Part shown: in pieces, positions 1 through 7,878 of the stretch
Position numbering within the stretch: the stretch's first letter is position 1
Layout: every line of letters begins with the position of its first letter
Source: an uncultured virus (IMG/VR IMGVR_UViG_3300029258_001891)
Taxonomy: Duplodnaviria > Heunggongvirae > Uroviricota > Caudoviricetes
IMG/VR virus record: IMGVR_UViG_3300029258_001891
Length of the DNA: 64,000 bases
Direction: 5' to 3' (one strand)
Notes under the pieces: model-generated
The model's database searches: none
What the model saw: only the letters and a program-made list of their open reading frames with translations
What the model was told of the DNA's origin: nothing
Program-made: the position numbers and the translations under genes

Positions 1-80
1 GGTTTTCTTGTGGCGCTCGCGAGTAGCGAAACGGCAAGCGGGGGGATCTTGTTAACCTCAACTAACGGAAGGAAAAGAAA

Positions 81-308
81 ATGATCGAAGACGAAAGAGA
101 CACAACGGCTCACGATCTGTTGGATGATTTGGAAAATATGCCCTTGTGGCGATTGCGGTACCTGCCGCGCGATCAATGGCCAGACCTCGACGAGATAAAA
201 TCAAGATTAAGCTACTCCGTTGAGTCTGGCGAAAGGGTCGACCAAAATTTTCCGACTCGCCCGATTCTGCAAGGCAATGCAGCCTTTCTTTTTAGGCTGC
301 ATTTTTAG
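81..308 (+). CDS. hypothetical protein
   Basis: 75-aa ORF with GGAAGG upstream. Confidence 0.55.
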   Translation: MIEDERDTTAHDLLDDLENMPLWRLRYLPRDQWPDLDEIKSRLSYSVESGERVDQNFPTRPILQGNAAFLFRLHF

Positions 309-369
309 TCTAGCCTTTGTAGGCTAGGCTTCGTTTCCAATCCCGTTTTCAGCATGGAGGAAAGAAAAG

Positions 370-852
370 ATGAGTGCGCTAATCAAGTGGACTGTCAAAG
401 GTTTTTCAAAAAAGCTGGCGGATCATGCGAACGCAATCGGCGACGTAAAAGGCGTCAAAAGGCTTCAGGAGGAGTTGCCCCGTTGCGTCCGGTACGTTCA
501 AAAGCGGAAGTATATGCGAATCCTCGGAGTGGTATCGAAAGATGGGTCGTTCCATCTTACTTGTGTTCCTCTTTTCCTTCCGGCGGGGGAAAAGGCCCGA
601 CCGAAGGATTGCAAGGCCGCGCTTGTCGATGCGGTCGCGGACCTACGTCCGAAAACGATTTACGATCTTTCCCCCCTCGCAAAATACACCATCGTATCCG
701 AAGCGAAGTACAAGAGAGATGAGGAAAAGGAAAAGATGAGCAAGAAAAAGGCCAAGAAGACGGCCAAAAAGACGAGCAAGAAAAAGATGAGCAAGAAGAA
801 GACGAGCAAGAAGACGAGCAAGAAAAAGGCAAAGCGCAAGGCCGCGCGCTAG
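370..852 (+). CDS. hypothetical protein with histone H1-like Lys-rich C-terminal tail
   Basis: SD GGAGG; C-terminus MSKKKAKKTAKKTSKKKMSKKKTSKKTSKKKAKRKAAR; followed by a terminator. Confidence 0.75.
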   Translation: MSALIKWTVKGFSKKLADHANAIGDVKGVKRLQEELPRCVRYVQKRKYMRILGVVSKDGSFHLTCVPLFLPAGEKARPKDCKAALVDAVADLRPKTIYDLSPLAKYTIVSEAKYKRDEEKEKMSKKKAKKTAKKTSKKKMSKKKTSKKTSKKKAKRKAAR

Positions 853-866
853 AAGTTTCGGCGCAT

Positions 867-909
867 AAAAAACGCCTTCAAGCTTAATCGCTTGGAGGCG
901 TTTTTTTTT
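867..909. terminator. bidirectional intrinsic terminator
   Basis: AAAAAACGCCTTCAAGC-ttaatc-GCTTGGAGGCGTTTTTTTTT, with A and T tracts flanking the stem. Confidence 0.85.
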
Positions 910-1102
910 GGCGTTTCTTTTCCGGCCATGTTGTTTTGAAACTTGCATCTTTATCCGGGTAAGATCGTCTTCTCCCAAAAAGAAAAACGAAGACTGTACC
1001 GTGGCATTAAATTTTTTTGTTTTCAAAAACACTTTGACTAGTGAGACACCCCGCTCAGAATAGTATAGGTTCTCTTCAAAAACAATTTGTTTTAGAGTAT
1101 AT

Positions 1103-1126
1103 TAGTGTACCGACGATTCGGCACAT
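1103..1126. promoter_or_regulatory. putative operator, copy 1 of TAGTGTACCGA-N4-TCGG(C/T)
   Basis: Imperfect palindrome that recurs at 27036-27061 and, reversed, at 28723-28745. Confidence 0.55.
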
Positions 1127-1157
1127 CATTATGAGAAGGGAGTTATCTCGGGGGGAT

Positions 1158-1772
1158 TCAGACGTGCTTCCAAGTGACTCTCTTGGCTATCTTGTGTATC
1201 ACGTCAAAACTGACTTTGAATCTCTTTGCCAACATGCCCTTTGTCGCGGATTCTTGCCTGAGAAGCCTTCTTATCTCAAGAACCTTTTTGTCGCTTAGTT
1301 TTGATTGGTGATGGTTCTCTCCTCTCTGCATGTTCCCGTGTCCTCTTTTGTCCGCCACGTTTTCTTTAGGTGTCCCCCATCTCAAGTTTTTGGTGTTGTT
1401 GTTTGCTGGATTGCCGTCCAGATGCCTGCATTGCTCTCCTTTTCTTCTTGGCCGGACAAAAGTGTCGAGAACTAAGTGGTGTATCTTTCTGTAAATTGGT
1501 TTTTGAGGCTCGGGGTATAACATCGCCTGATCGTACCCCAATGCGTCGTATTTATGCTTTAGTATGACTGGTTTCTTTTTTCCTGCTGTTTTAGAAGAAA
1601 AGTGATAACTTCTTACTTTCCCTGTGTTTGAAACCTCGTATCCTTTGAAGCCGGGACGGAAGGTTCAGCCCCGCGCTTCGTGCTTGGCTTCATAGTCTTT
1701 ATAGAGCACGTAAGTACCGTTGCATTTAAATAATAAATAGCCTTTGGCAACTTCGTACCGTTGTATGTTCAT
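1158..1772 (-). pseudogene. NUMOD4-HNH homing endonuclease interrupted by an in-frame TGA
   Basis: ATG at 1772 reads MNIQRY...EARG*TFRPGFKGYEVSNTGKVRSY...IHHLVLDTF...CRHLDGNPANNNTKNLRWGT; TGA at 1665-1667; HNH part could also start at TTG 1541. Confidence 0.7.
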
Positions 1773-2089
1773 CGTTTCCCCTTTCTCTTCAAGTGCTTCG
1801 AGAGCCAACCCCTGCCCAGCTTCTTCAACGTTTTCGTTTCAACGCCTTCGCACAACTCAAGCGCGGCATCGTGTCGTTTCCATTTGGCTTTGTCTTCCTT
1901 TCGCTCTTTTTCCCATGCCTTCTCGCGTGCGTCATCCCTCTTTTTCACTTCAGACGGCGCGTGTGATTTGCACCACCATTTTCCTTCTTCGTGGTAGCTT
2001 CCGTTGCGAGAGCAGCGATGGAAACCGATGCCAATGTCATCATGTACATGCCCCGCACAAGGATGGACTCCATCGTCTTCAGTCATCAT
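1769..2089 (-). CDS. hypothetical protein, possible Cys/His zinc finger
   Basis: C..C..WWCKSH pattern; ATGA coupling to the downstream ORF. Confidence 0.65.
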   Translation of the reverse strand: MMTEDDGVHPCAGHVHDDIGIGFHRCSRNGSYHEEGKWWCKSHAPSEVKKRDDAREKAWEKERKEDKAKWKRHDAALELCEGVETKTLKKLGRGWLSKHLKRKGKR

Positions 2090-2393
2090 GGCCTTCCTCC
2101 TTTCTTTCCGAATCGAGTGCCTTCAATGCAGCGCCGAGTTCCGCGAGTGCTTCACCCCATTCGGGTTTCGCGCCGAATATTCCTCGGGCGGCGTCGGCGA
2201 CTTGTTTGTATTTCGCGAGATCGCGGAGTATCGCGGCAACCAACAAGCGCAGGGATTTTTCTTCGAGAGGTATCCATATCAACATCTCCATCGCGTCTTT
2301 GCTTTTTCTTTCGAACAGAAGCTCACGGTTCTTCGCGCGGATCGCCCGGTAGAAATTGTTTTCCCAAACGACTTCCGGCATTTGTTTATCCAT
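2079..2393 (-). CDS. hypothetical protein
   Basis: 104-aa ORF in operon, overlaps both neighbours, SD AGGAG. Confidence 0.65.
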   Translation of the reverse strand: MDKQMPEVVWENNFYRAIRAKNRELLFERKSKDAMEMLIWIPLEEKSLRLLVAAILRDLAKYKQVADAARGIFGAKPEWGEALAELGAALKALDSERKEEGHDD

Positions 2394-2637
2394 CGCTGTT
2401 CTCCTTTCCTGTCACGTAGACTTTCTTGTCCGTCCCTGTTTGGAGGGCCTTGGCAAGAAACTTGAAAAGCATTTCGTTTCGTTTCTCTTCGGTGGCTCCC
2501 AGGAATTCGATCCTCCTTTCTTCGGGCGCGAGAAGTTCGGGACGGCAACAAGAGAAATCGGGACAACATATGTCTCGTTTCTTGTCATGCACAGGATCGC
2601 CATTGACCCATTTCACTAGCTGTTCGTTAGCAGTCAT
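2386..2637 (-). CDS. hypothetical Cys-rich phage protein
   Basis: QLVKWVNGDPVH...ICCPDFSCCRPELLAP. Confidence 0.7.
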   Translation of the reverse strand: MTANEQLVKWVNGDPVHDKKRDICCPDFSCCRPELLAPEERRIEFLGATEEKRNEMLFKFLAKALQTGTDKKVYVTGKENSDG

Positions 2638-2765
2638 TTTTTCGTTGTCCTTTTTCCGTTGCTTGGTGTGCCGCTCTTTCGGCGTCTTCGTTTTTCATTT
2701 CTTTTGTCATAGCCATTTCGTTGCAGACGCAGCAAGCGCAATGCTTCTTCGTGCCGTTTACTCAT
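2634..2765 (-). CDS. small basic hypothetical protein (43 aa, not in ORF track)
   Basis: MSKRHEEALRLLRLQRNGYDKRNEKRRRRKSGTPSNGKRTTKK; ATGA overlaps at both ends. Confidence 0.6.
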   Translation of the reverse strand: MSKRHEEALRLLRLQRNGYDKRNEKRRRRKSGTPSNGKRTTKK

Positions 2766-3097
2766 ATTTTCTCTCCTTGGCTTTCGACGTAGTTCTTGAG
2801 CGCCGTGCGAAGGATTTTCGATTTGGACAGATTCTTTTTCCGCATCAGTTTATCTAATGCGGCGTTCATCTCGACCGTAACGTGTGCTCCGATGAATCTG
2901 CATTCGGCTCTTCTTCGTTTGTCGTGGTCAAGCCGGGTTTTGTGGAGGACTTTTATTTCCTCCACTTGCTTTTTTGTGAAGAACCATTTTCCGTTTACCT
3001 TTCTCGGAAACACTTTTTTGGCCCGAATGAGTGTTTCCACGAAGTGGTACGGACACTTCACGAACCGGGATGTCTCTATGATGGTGAACATGTCCAT
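2762..3097 (-). CDS. DNA-binding protein (HTH-like plus ribbon-helix-helix-like C-terminus)
   Basis: FPRKVNGKWFFTKKQVEEI; FIGAHVTVEMNAALDKLMRKKNLSKSKILRTALKNYV. Confidence 0.6.
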   Translation of the reverse strand: MDMFTIIETSRFVKCPYHFVETLIRAKKVFPRKVNGKWFFTKKQVEEIKVLHKTRLDHDKRRRAECRFIGAHVTVEMNAALDKLMRKKNLSKSKILRTALKNYVESQGEKI

Positions 3098-3100
3098 GGT

Positions 3101-3304
3101 TTATTCCCTTTCGTCGAAGGAGATTTTCAAAGTCCCGTTGTCGTCTTCTACAAGCATTCTTTCCATAAAATCCTTTAGCGACATGCTGATGATCTCCTTT
3201 CCGTCTCCACGGCAGACAGGGCACAAGACATGTCCTTTCATGCCTATTCCGTCGCAAGATTCACACACGCGGGAAAGCTGCATCTTCCATTCGTTTGCTT
3301 TCAT
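3101..3304 (-). CDS. small CxxCxGxG zinc-finger protein
   Basis: CESCDGIG...CPVCRGDG (DnaJ-type repeats). Confidence 0.7.
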   Translation of the reverse strand: MKANEWKMQLSRVCESCDGIGMKGHVLCPVCRGDGKEIISMSLKDFMERMLVEDDNGTLKISFDERE

Positions 3305-3316
3305 TTCTTCTTTCCT

Positions 3317-3817
3317 TTACATGTACCGAACCAACTTCGCGTCATTCGGGAGATAGAGAATGTGCTTTGGGTAGCCCATCATCGTTTTCCCGAAACAGTA
3401 CAACTTGAAATCGTATCTGTGTTGCTCCAACATGCACAGAACTTCTGAATCCCTGTTTTGGTGTCCTCCATTAGCACCCCATGCCACCACAATTCGGCTC
3501 GAAATCAAAGCCCTGTTTATTATCCATTCGTCATTATGGCGTCCGACAGGCTTTCTTGTTCTTTTCAGGACATTAGGGTCTTTGGTTCGGCGCGCGAAGA
3601 GATTGCAAAAACATACTCTTGAATATCCCCATCTGTAGGCAAAGCCAATGCCTCTCCGAATAGTGGGATCGTCTTTTTCTTCATCCGCCGTGGATGGGTT
3701 GAGAAGAATGAAAAGCACGCTTCCTTTTTTACCTTTTTTCCACGCGCGTTGAAGTGTGTACCTATATTTTTTGTCGTCGGATATGACGGCTGATCTGTAG
3801 GTTATTTCAGGAAGCAT
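3317..3817 (-). CDS. DUF1643-like protein
   Basis: SAVISDDKKYRYTLQRAW, FILLNPSTADEEKDDPTIRR, NLFARRTKDP, VVAWGANG, GYPKHILY; start ATG 3817 with SD. Confidence 0.85.
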   Translation of the reverse strand: MLPEITYRSAVISDDKKYRYTLQRAWKKGKKGSVLFILLNPSTADEEKDDPTIRRGIGFAYRWGYSRVCFCNLFARRTKDPNVLKRTRKPVGRHNDEWIINRALISSRIVVAWGANGGHQNRDSEVLCMLEQHRYDFKLYCFGKTMMGYPKHILYLPNDAKLVRYM

Positions 3818-4055
3818 CCGTTTTTTCTCCTTTCTTTCCTTTTTGTACCGTGCCTTTAGGATGGATTTCCACTTTGAGGATTCGCACTTTGATGTTCGTG
3901 TCAAGGAAGATCTTTTCCTGATAATGTTTTCTTCTCACTCTTGCTGTTTTGATGTCCATTCGTTCCGTTCCGAGCCAAACGTTTTCCTCTTGCTTGTCTT
4001 CATCCCGGACAAACAACAGCATGTGGGACTTAAACGGCTTTAGTTTTTTCTTCAT
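3807..4055 (-). CDS. hypothetical protein
   Basis: MKKKLKPFKSH..., overlaps neighbours. Confidence 0.6.
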   Translation of the reverse strand: MKKKLKPFKSHMLLFVRDEDKQEENVWLGTERMDIKTARVRRKHYQEKIFLDTNIKVRILKVEIHPKGTVQKGKKGEKTDAS

Positions 4056-4395
4056 CGGCTTTCTCCAATCTTTTGAACGCGGCCACAACACGTGACCACT
4101 CGTTTTCGTAAGTCACTATGTCCAATCCTCCTCCAACAGAATCGCTTTGATGAAGACTGCGATGAGAATGGCCTGTCGAAAACGCATCCATGAAAACTCC
4201 GTCTGCGTTGAATCGAAACGTAACTTGGTCTATTTGTCCAAACACTCCGGTTGTGTTATTCCTGTATAGTTCAAATGCGTCGTAGACATAATACTTTCTG
4301 TGGCGTCCCTTAAAGGGAAACCATGCTGAAGACTTTTTGACCATCCTGAAGACTCTTCCACAATTCGTGACGTAGATGTCACCTACGATCATCAT
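4030..4395 (-). CDS. hypothetical protein, shared C-terminal helix family
   Basis: Paralogous to 4392-4709 (TFRFNADGVFMDAF vs TYKFNEEGKFYGAF); C-terminal EWSRVVAAFKRLEK. Confidence 0.7.
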   Translation of the reverse strand: MMIVGDIYVTNCGRVFRMVKKSSAWFPFKGRHRKYYVYDAFELYRNNTTGVFGQIDQVTFRFNADGVFMDAFSTGHSHRSLHQSDSVGGGLDIVTYENEWSRVVAAFKRLEKADEEKTKAV

Positions 4396-4709
4396 TGGTC
4401 TAACCTTTCTATGGCTTTCACGGCGTCTTCCCAAAGAGGAGGGTGAATCAAATCCCAATCCTTATAAGGTTGTCGTACACAAAAGCCTTTGTTTGTTGCC
4501 TTCACAAACGCACCATAAAATTTCCCCTCTTCGTTGAACTTGTATGTGATTTCCGTATACATTTCGAAATTGAAGCCATTTAAGGTGACATACTCGTGCG
4601 CGAAAAAGATGTCGCAAGCATTAGCGGCGATGTCTGCTCTTACTTTTTTGAAGACATGAAACTCTTTCCCGTTCTTTGCTTTGTACACATTGCCTAGTTC
4701 GAGAGGCAT
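4392..4709 (-). CDS. hypothetical protein, shared C-terminal helix family
   Basis: MPLELGNVYKAKNG...LWEDAVKAIERLDQ. Confidence 0.7.
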   Translation of the reverse strand: MPLELGNVYKAKNGKEFHVFKKVRADIAANACDIFFAHEYVTLNGFNFEMYTEITYKFNEEGKFYGAFVKATNKGFCVRQPYKDWDLIHPPLWEDAVKAIERLDQ

Positions 4710-4710
4710 T

Positions 4711-5166
4711 TCATCTCGCCTTTCTTCGCGTCTTGTCCAATTTATCGATTCGATCAAGGGAAGCTATTGCGTCTTCCCATGATGTTTTCTTCTGTGGATT
4801 TTTTCGATCTTTGGGAATGACTCTCAATGCTCCTTTGTACTTTTCCATTGGTGTTTTGTCTTTGTCCAGCCATGTGAATCTTTGAATCAACCATGCGCTA
4901 AGGGATACCCAAATGTACTCGTCCAACATTACTGCGCTCGGATCGTGTTCTAATTCGTATATCAGTGATTCACCTGTTGAGGCTATCCCTTCTTCTTCGT
5001 AGTCAGCCGCAAGGAGTTGTGACTTGGCAATCCACACGTCTACCTTTGTGTTTTCGGGGTAATACTTGCATCCGATTGACTTAGGCTTTTGTTGGACAAG
5101 ATACAATCCTCCTACGTGGATAGGCGTGTTCTTTCTCGCCCATTGGGCAAAGGATGCGTCTGCCAT
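4711..5166 (-). CDS. hypothetical protein, shared C-terminal helix family
   Basis: SD AGGAG; C-terminal SWEDAIASLDRIDKLDK. Confidence 0.7.
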   Translation of the reverse strand: MADASFAQWARKNTPIHVGGLYLVQQKPKSIGCKYYPENTKVDVWIAKSQLLAADYEEEGIASTGESLIYELEHDPSAVMLDEYIWVSLSAWLIQRFTWLDKDKTPMEKYKGALRVIPKDRKNPQKKTSWEDAIASLDRIDKLDKTRRKAR

Positions 5167-5176
5167 CGTTCTTCTC

Positions 5177-5368
5177 CTAGATTGCCAAGTCCACGTTCAT
5201 CTCGTCGGGTAGTTCTGTGGTGTGGACTTCCTTCTCTTCAAACTCGATTGCTGCCGTATTCATGTTTCCCTTTCCTGGAAAGAACCTCTTGATCGTGTAG
5301 AACTTTCCCTGAAAGCGAACCAAGTCGCCTTCTTTGATGTCGAGTCCGGTGCTGTCCTTGTACCTCAT
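5177..5368 (-). CDS. small SH3/YopX-like hypothetical protein
   Basis: KDSTGLDIKEGDLVRFQGKFYTI. Confidence 0.6.
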   Translation of the reverse strand: MRYKDSTGLDIKEGDLVRFQGKFYTIKRFFPGKGNMNTAAIEFEEKEVHTTELPDEMNVDLAI

Positions 5369-5625
5369 TGCCTTCCCTCCAAAACAGCTTGTCGAAAGTC
5401 TAGCAGTTCTTCAAATATGCCATCGAGCTTTTTTTGCACTTCTTCGTCTTTTTTGTTTTCCACGGCGCGTAAGATGAACTCGTGATGTGCCAACGCGCCA
5501 GCAAAGAACGCTCGCTTCGTTTCTTGGATTTGTGTCTTTCCCGCAGTTTTTTGTGTCTTTCCCGCAGTTTTTGGAACGACATCCAACAGGTATGTTGTCC
5601 AATCGGCTTCAATCTGTCTTTTCAT
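5365..5625 (-). CDS. hypothetical protein
   Basis: QIQETKRAFFAGA motif; SD GGAG. Confidence 0.7.
   Translation of the reverse strand: MKRQIEADWTTYLLDVVPKTAGKTQKTAGKTQIQETKRAFFAGALAHHEFILRAVENKKDEEVQKKLDGIFEELLDFRQAVLEGRQ
5531..5572. repeat. 21-bp perfect tandem duplication (KTAGKTQ x2)
   Basis: TGTGTCTTTCCCGCAGTTTTT repeated twice, in frame. Confidence 0.9.
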
Positions 5626-5959
5626 CTTCGTTCTCCTCCCGTAGAATTTTTTCGGCGGCTCTAAGACCCTCTTCCCAATCGGCTCTGGTTTCCTCTATGT
5701 ACTTCTTCATCCGTTTGAACGCTTCTTCAGCGATTTCGCCCGAAAACTGATTCACGATTTCTTCGATTCTCTTATCGAATATGAGTGGAAGAATTCTTCT
5801 TTGTAGGTCGTCTACAACATATTCTTGGATCGTGCGGATTGCGGCGTATAGTTTTAGATCACTATTCAAGAGTTCCTTCAGGATTTCTCTCTTGAACTCT
5901 TCTTTCCACTCAGGATTGATTTGTACACACGCGCTTATTCCTTTATCTGTACTATTCAC
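5609..5959 (-). CDS. hypothetical coiled-coil protein, paralog of 5952-6335
   Basis: C-terminal MKKYIEETRADWEEGLRAAEKIL. Confidence 0.7.
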   Translation of the reverse strand: MNSTDKGISACVQINPEWKEEFKREILKELLNSDLKLYAAIRTIQEYVVDDLQRRILPLIFDKRIEEIVNQFSGEIAEEAFKRMKKYIEETRADWEEGLRAAEKILREENEDEKTD

Positions 5960-6335
5960 CAGAATCCCCTCCGTTCAGAACTCTTTCAGCCGCCCGTAAT
6001 CCTTCTTCCCAATCCGCCCTCGATTCTTCGATGTAGTTCTTCATCTTTTCAAACAACTTCTCGGATATACCTTCCTTAATTATTTGTGCATCTTCCATCA
6101 CTTGTTCTTTAACGAGTTCTGCTATTTGTGGTTTAAGTCGTAAGAGAACTTCTCTCACGGTTTCTTCTATCACTCGTTTAGTGTATTCGCCTGAAATTCT
6201 CAGACCGTGTTCATCGTTGATGTTGTTGTTAGTGCCGTATTTCATAAACTGGTATTGTGATGGTTTAGAAAAATCTGGTTCGGCGTCGAGTCCTCCATCT
6301 GGCGCGATGTTTATCTGTGTTGGTTGAATGTTCAT
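5952..6335 (-). CDS. hypothetical coiled-coil protein, paralog of 5609-5959
   Basis: C-terminal MKNYIEESRADWEEGLRAAERVL. Confidence 0.7.
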   Translation of the reverse strand: MNIQPTQINIAPDGGLDAEPDFSKPSQYQFMKYGTNNNINDEHGLRISGEYTKRVIEETVREVLLRLKPQIAELVKEQVMEDAQIIKEGISEKLFEKMKNYIEESRADWEEGLRAAERVLNGGDSGE

Positions 6336-6835
6336 CGATTCATCATCTCCTTAAAGATGTGCCAAGCTAAAATGAGAATGCACAAAGCGAAACCGTAGAA
6401 CAATCCGTTTTTGAACGCCCGTTCTTTTTGGTCATGGAGTAGGATGAGCCTTCGTATCATCCAAGTGGCGTCATATTCTTTCTTCTGTTCTTCTTCCGTG
6501 TCTTCCTTCGACATTTCTTTTTCGAGTTGTTCTAATAGAAGCATTGTGTCGCTGAATTTATCCGGCTTGTAGTAATCCATGTTTAGAGCTTTGTACTCTC
6601 CGTAATTCCTGGCGTATGCTTCCATGAGTGTTTCAAAAGAGTCTTTCGGATCGTATTGGCCTACATGGTGTCCATTGCGGTGGAATACTTCTCTCTCATC
6701 TACAACAGCATCCTTGCCTACTTTAGCGGCTACAAAGAAGATTCCGTTTTCGGCATCCGGGAGAAAGAACAAGACCTTGAATGCGCGAACACCGGCAGTG
6801 AGCGTGTCGCCTATCTTGATGTCTTTAGGATTCAT
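6332..6835 (-). CDS. hypothetical protein with C-terminal transmembrane helix
   Basis: N-terminus IKIGDTLTAG resembles the 4030/4392 proteins; TM GLFYGFALCILILAWHIF. Confidence 0.7.
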   Translation of the reverse strand: MNPKDIKIGDTLTAGVRAFKVLFFLPDAENGIFFVAAKVGKDAVVDEREVFHRNGHHVGQYDPKDSFETLMEAYARNYGEYKALNMDYYKPDKFSDTMLLLEQLEKEMSKEDTEEEQKKEYDATWMIRRLILLHDQKERAFKNGLFYGFALCILILAWHIFKEMMNR

Positions 6836-7043
6836 CTTCGTCCAACCTTTCTAGGGCTTCTACGGCTTTGTTCCACTCACTAATTCCGTAGTATTCGGCA
6901 GCTAGATCGTATGGGAAGATACGTTCTCCTCAAATAGAGTCGCACAAAACTAATCGGTAACCTTTGAAGTTTGTATGGTGTGAGTATTCCGTCTTCGCAA
7001 GGAATTCGTTTGACTATTCGGTGTCTTTCTTGCCGCAGTTCAT
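6825..7043 (-). pseudogene. degenerate member of the shared C-terminal helix family
   Basis: Frame ends YDLAAEYYGISEWNKAVEALERLDEDES*; in-frame stops at 7014-7016 (TAG) and 6930-6932 (TGA). Confidence 0.55.
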
Positions 7044-7149
7044 TCATCATTTAGAATCCTTTCCGCTGTGTCTTCTGCGTCCTCCATCGCTCAGTCGCTC
7101 CAATCGCAAGTCGTAGGTCGGCTCCTGATTTTTTTTCGTGTTTTCTCCA

Positions 7150-7178
7150 TTGACGTTCCCTCGAAAACGCTGTATATA
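7150..7178 (+). promoter_or_regulatory. sigma70-type promoter (rightward)
   Basis: TTGACG-17 bp-TATATA. Confidence 0.55.
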
Positions 7179-7182
7179 CAGG

Positions 7183-7210
7183 ATTATGACCGATTCCACA
7201 GGAATGTCAA
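7183..7210 (-). promoter_or_regulatory. sigma70-type promoter (leftward)
   Basis: TTGACA-16 bp-CATAAT on the minus strand, upstream of the leftward cluster. Confidence 0.65.
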
Positions 7211-7258
7211 GGAATATGTTGGAAGGATGTAAATCCTGGCCATGAAAGGAGTTAGCAC

Positions 7259-7555
7259 ATGCTTATGATGAAGGACGGGAAGGCGACAAGGGCCTTTCTG
7301 AAGGCCGTTGCCAAGGAAGACCCCGACGCACTCCAAGCTGTTCTGGAGGGCCTTGGGAAGAATGACGTGATCGGACAAGCGCCTCAGAATCTAATGTTCA
7401 ACACAGTGGGGTACGAGAATATTCTCGTGCATAGGACAGATTTGTTTGACCACACCGATTTCTACAAGGGACTGTTGGATGTGGCTCCTCAAGATATGAA
7501 GCTCGGAGAGGCGTACAGTTGGAACGACGACGCCGTTTGGCGGCATAAGGAATGA
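7259..7555 (+). CDS. hypothetical protein
   Basis: SD AAGGAG; 98 aa. Confidence 0.7.
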   Translation: MLMMKDGKATRAFLKAVAKEDPDALQAVLEGLGKNDVIGQAPQNLMFNTVGYENILVHRTDLFDHTDFYKGLLDVAPQDMKLGEAYSWNDDAVWRHKE

Positions 7556-7878
7556 TGACCATGGCTAAAATGCGTGAAGAAGAGAGGTTGCATCTGGAAG
7601 AAGTAACCGTAGAGTTGAGTAAGATGTTTCCCAATGGTTGTGTTCTTATGTTCAAAGACGCGAGGCATAATCTGAACTTTATGAAAGTCAATAAGTACAA
7701 AGACCCTCTATTTGAGTTGTACGACAGAATCATGCGAAGTGTCGCTGTGGAGATGTTGAAGGAGATGGAAAATGGGAAAAACAAAAAGCAAGCGTTCGAA
7801 GTCAACAAAGAAACGCTTGCCGGAAAAGACGGCGGTGAAAGAAAAGGAAGTGAAGAAGAAAAAGGAGAAGGAGTTTGA
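7552..7878 (+). CDS. hypothetical protein
   Basis: ATGA coupling to the upstream gene. Confidence 0.6.
   Translation: MMTMAKMREEERLHLEEVTVELSKMFPNGCVLMFKDARHNLNFMKVNKYKDPLFELYDRIMRSVAVEMLKEMENGKNKKQAFEVNKETLAGKDGGERKGSEEEKGEGV

Noticed and set aside
1041..1298. + strand 85-aa ORF
   Set aside because: Largely antisense to the HNH gene, no SD or motif; the region looks regulatory.
1665..7093. Genome-wide or regional TGA recoding, suggested by in-frame TGAs at 1665, 6930 and ~7091
   Set aside because: Many neighbouring genes end in TGA with ATGA overlaps, so TGA functions as a stop; the cases are better explained as local nonsense changes.
7170..7181. Canonical LexA SOS box
   Set aside because: Spacer is 4 bp rather than the 8 bp of CTGT-N8-ACAG; kept only as an unassigned palindrome.
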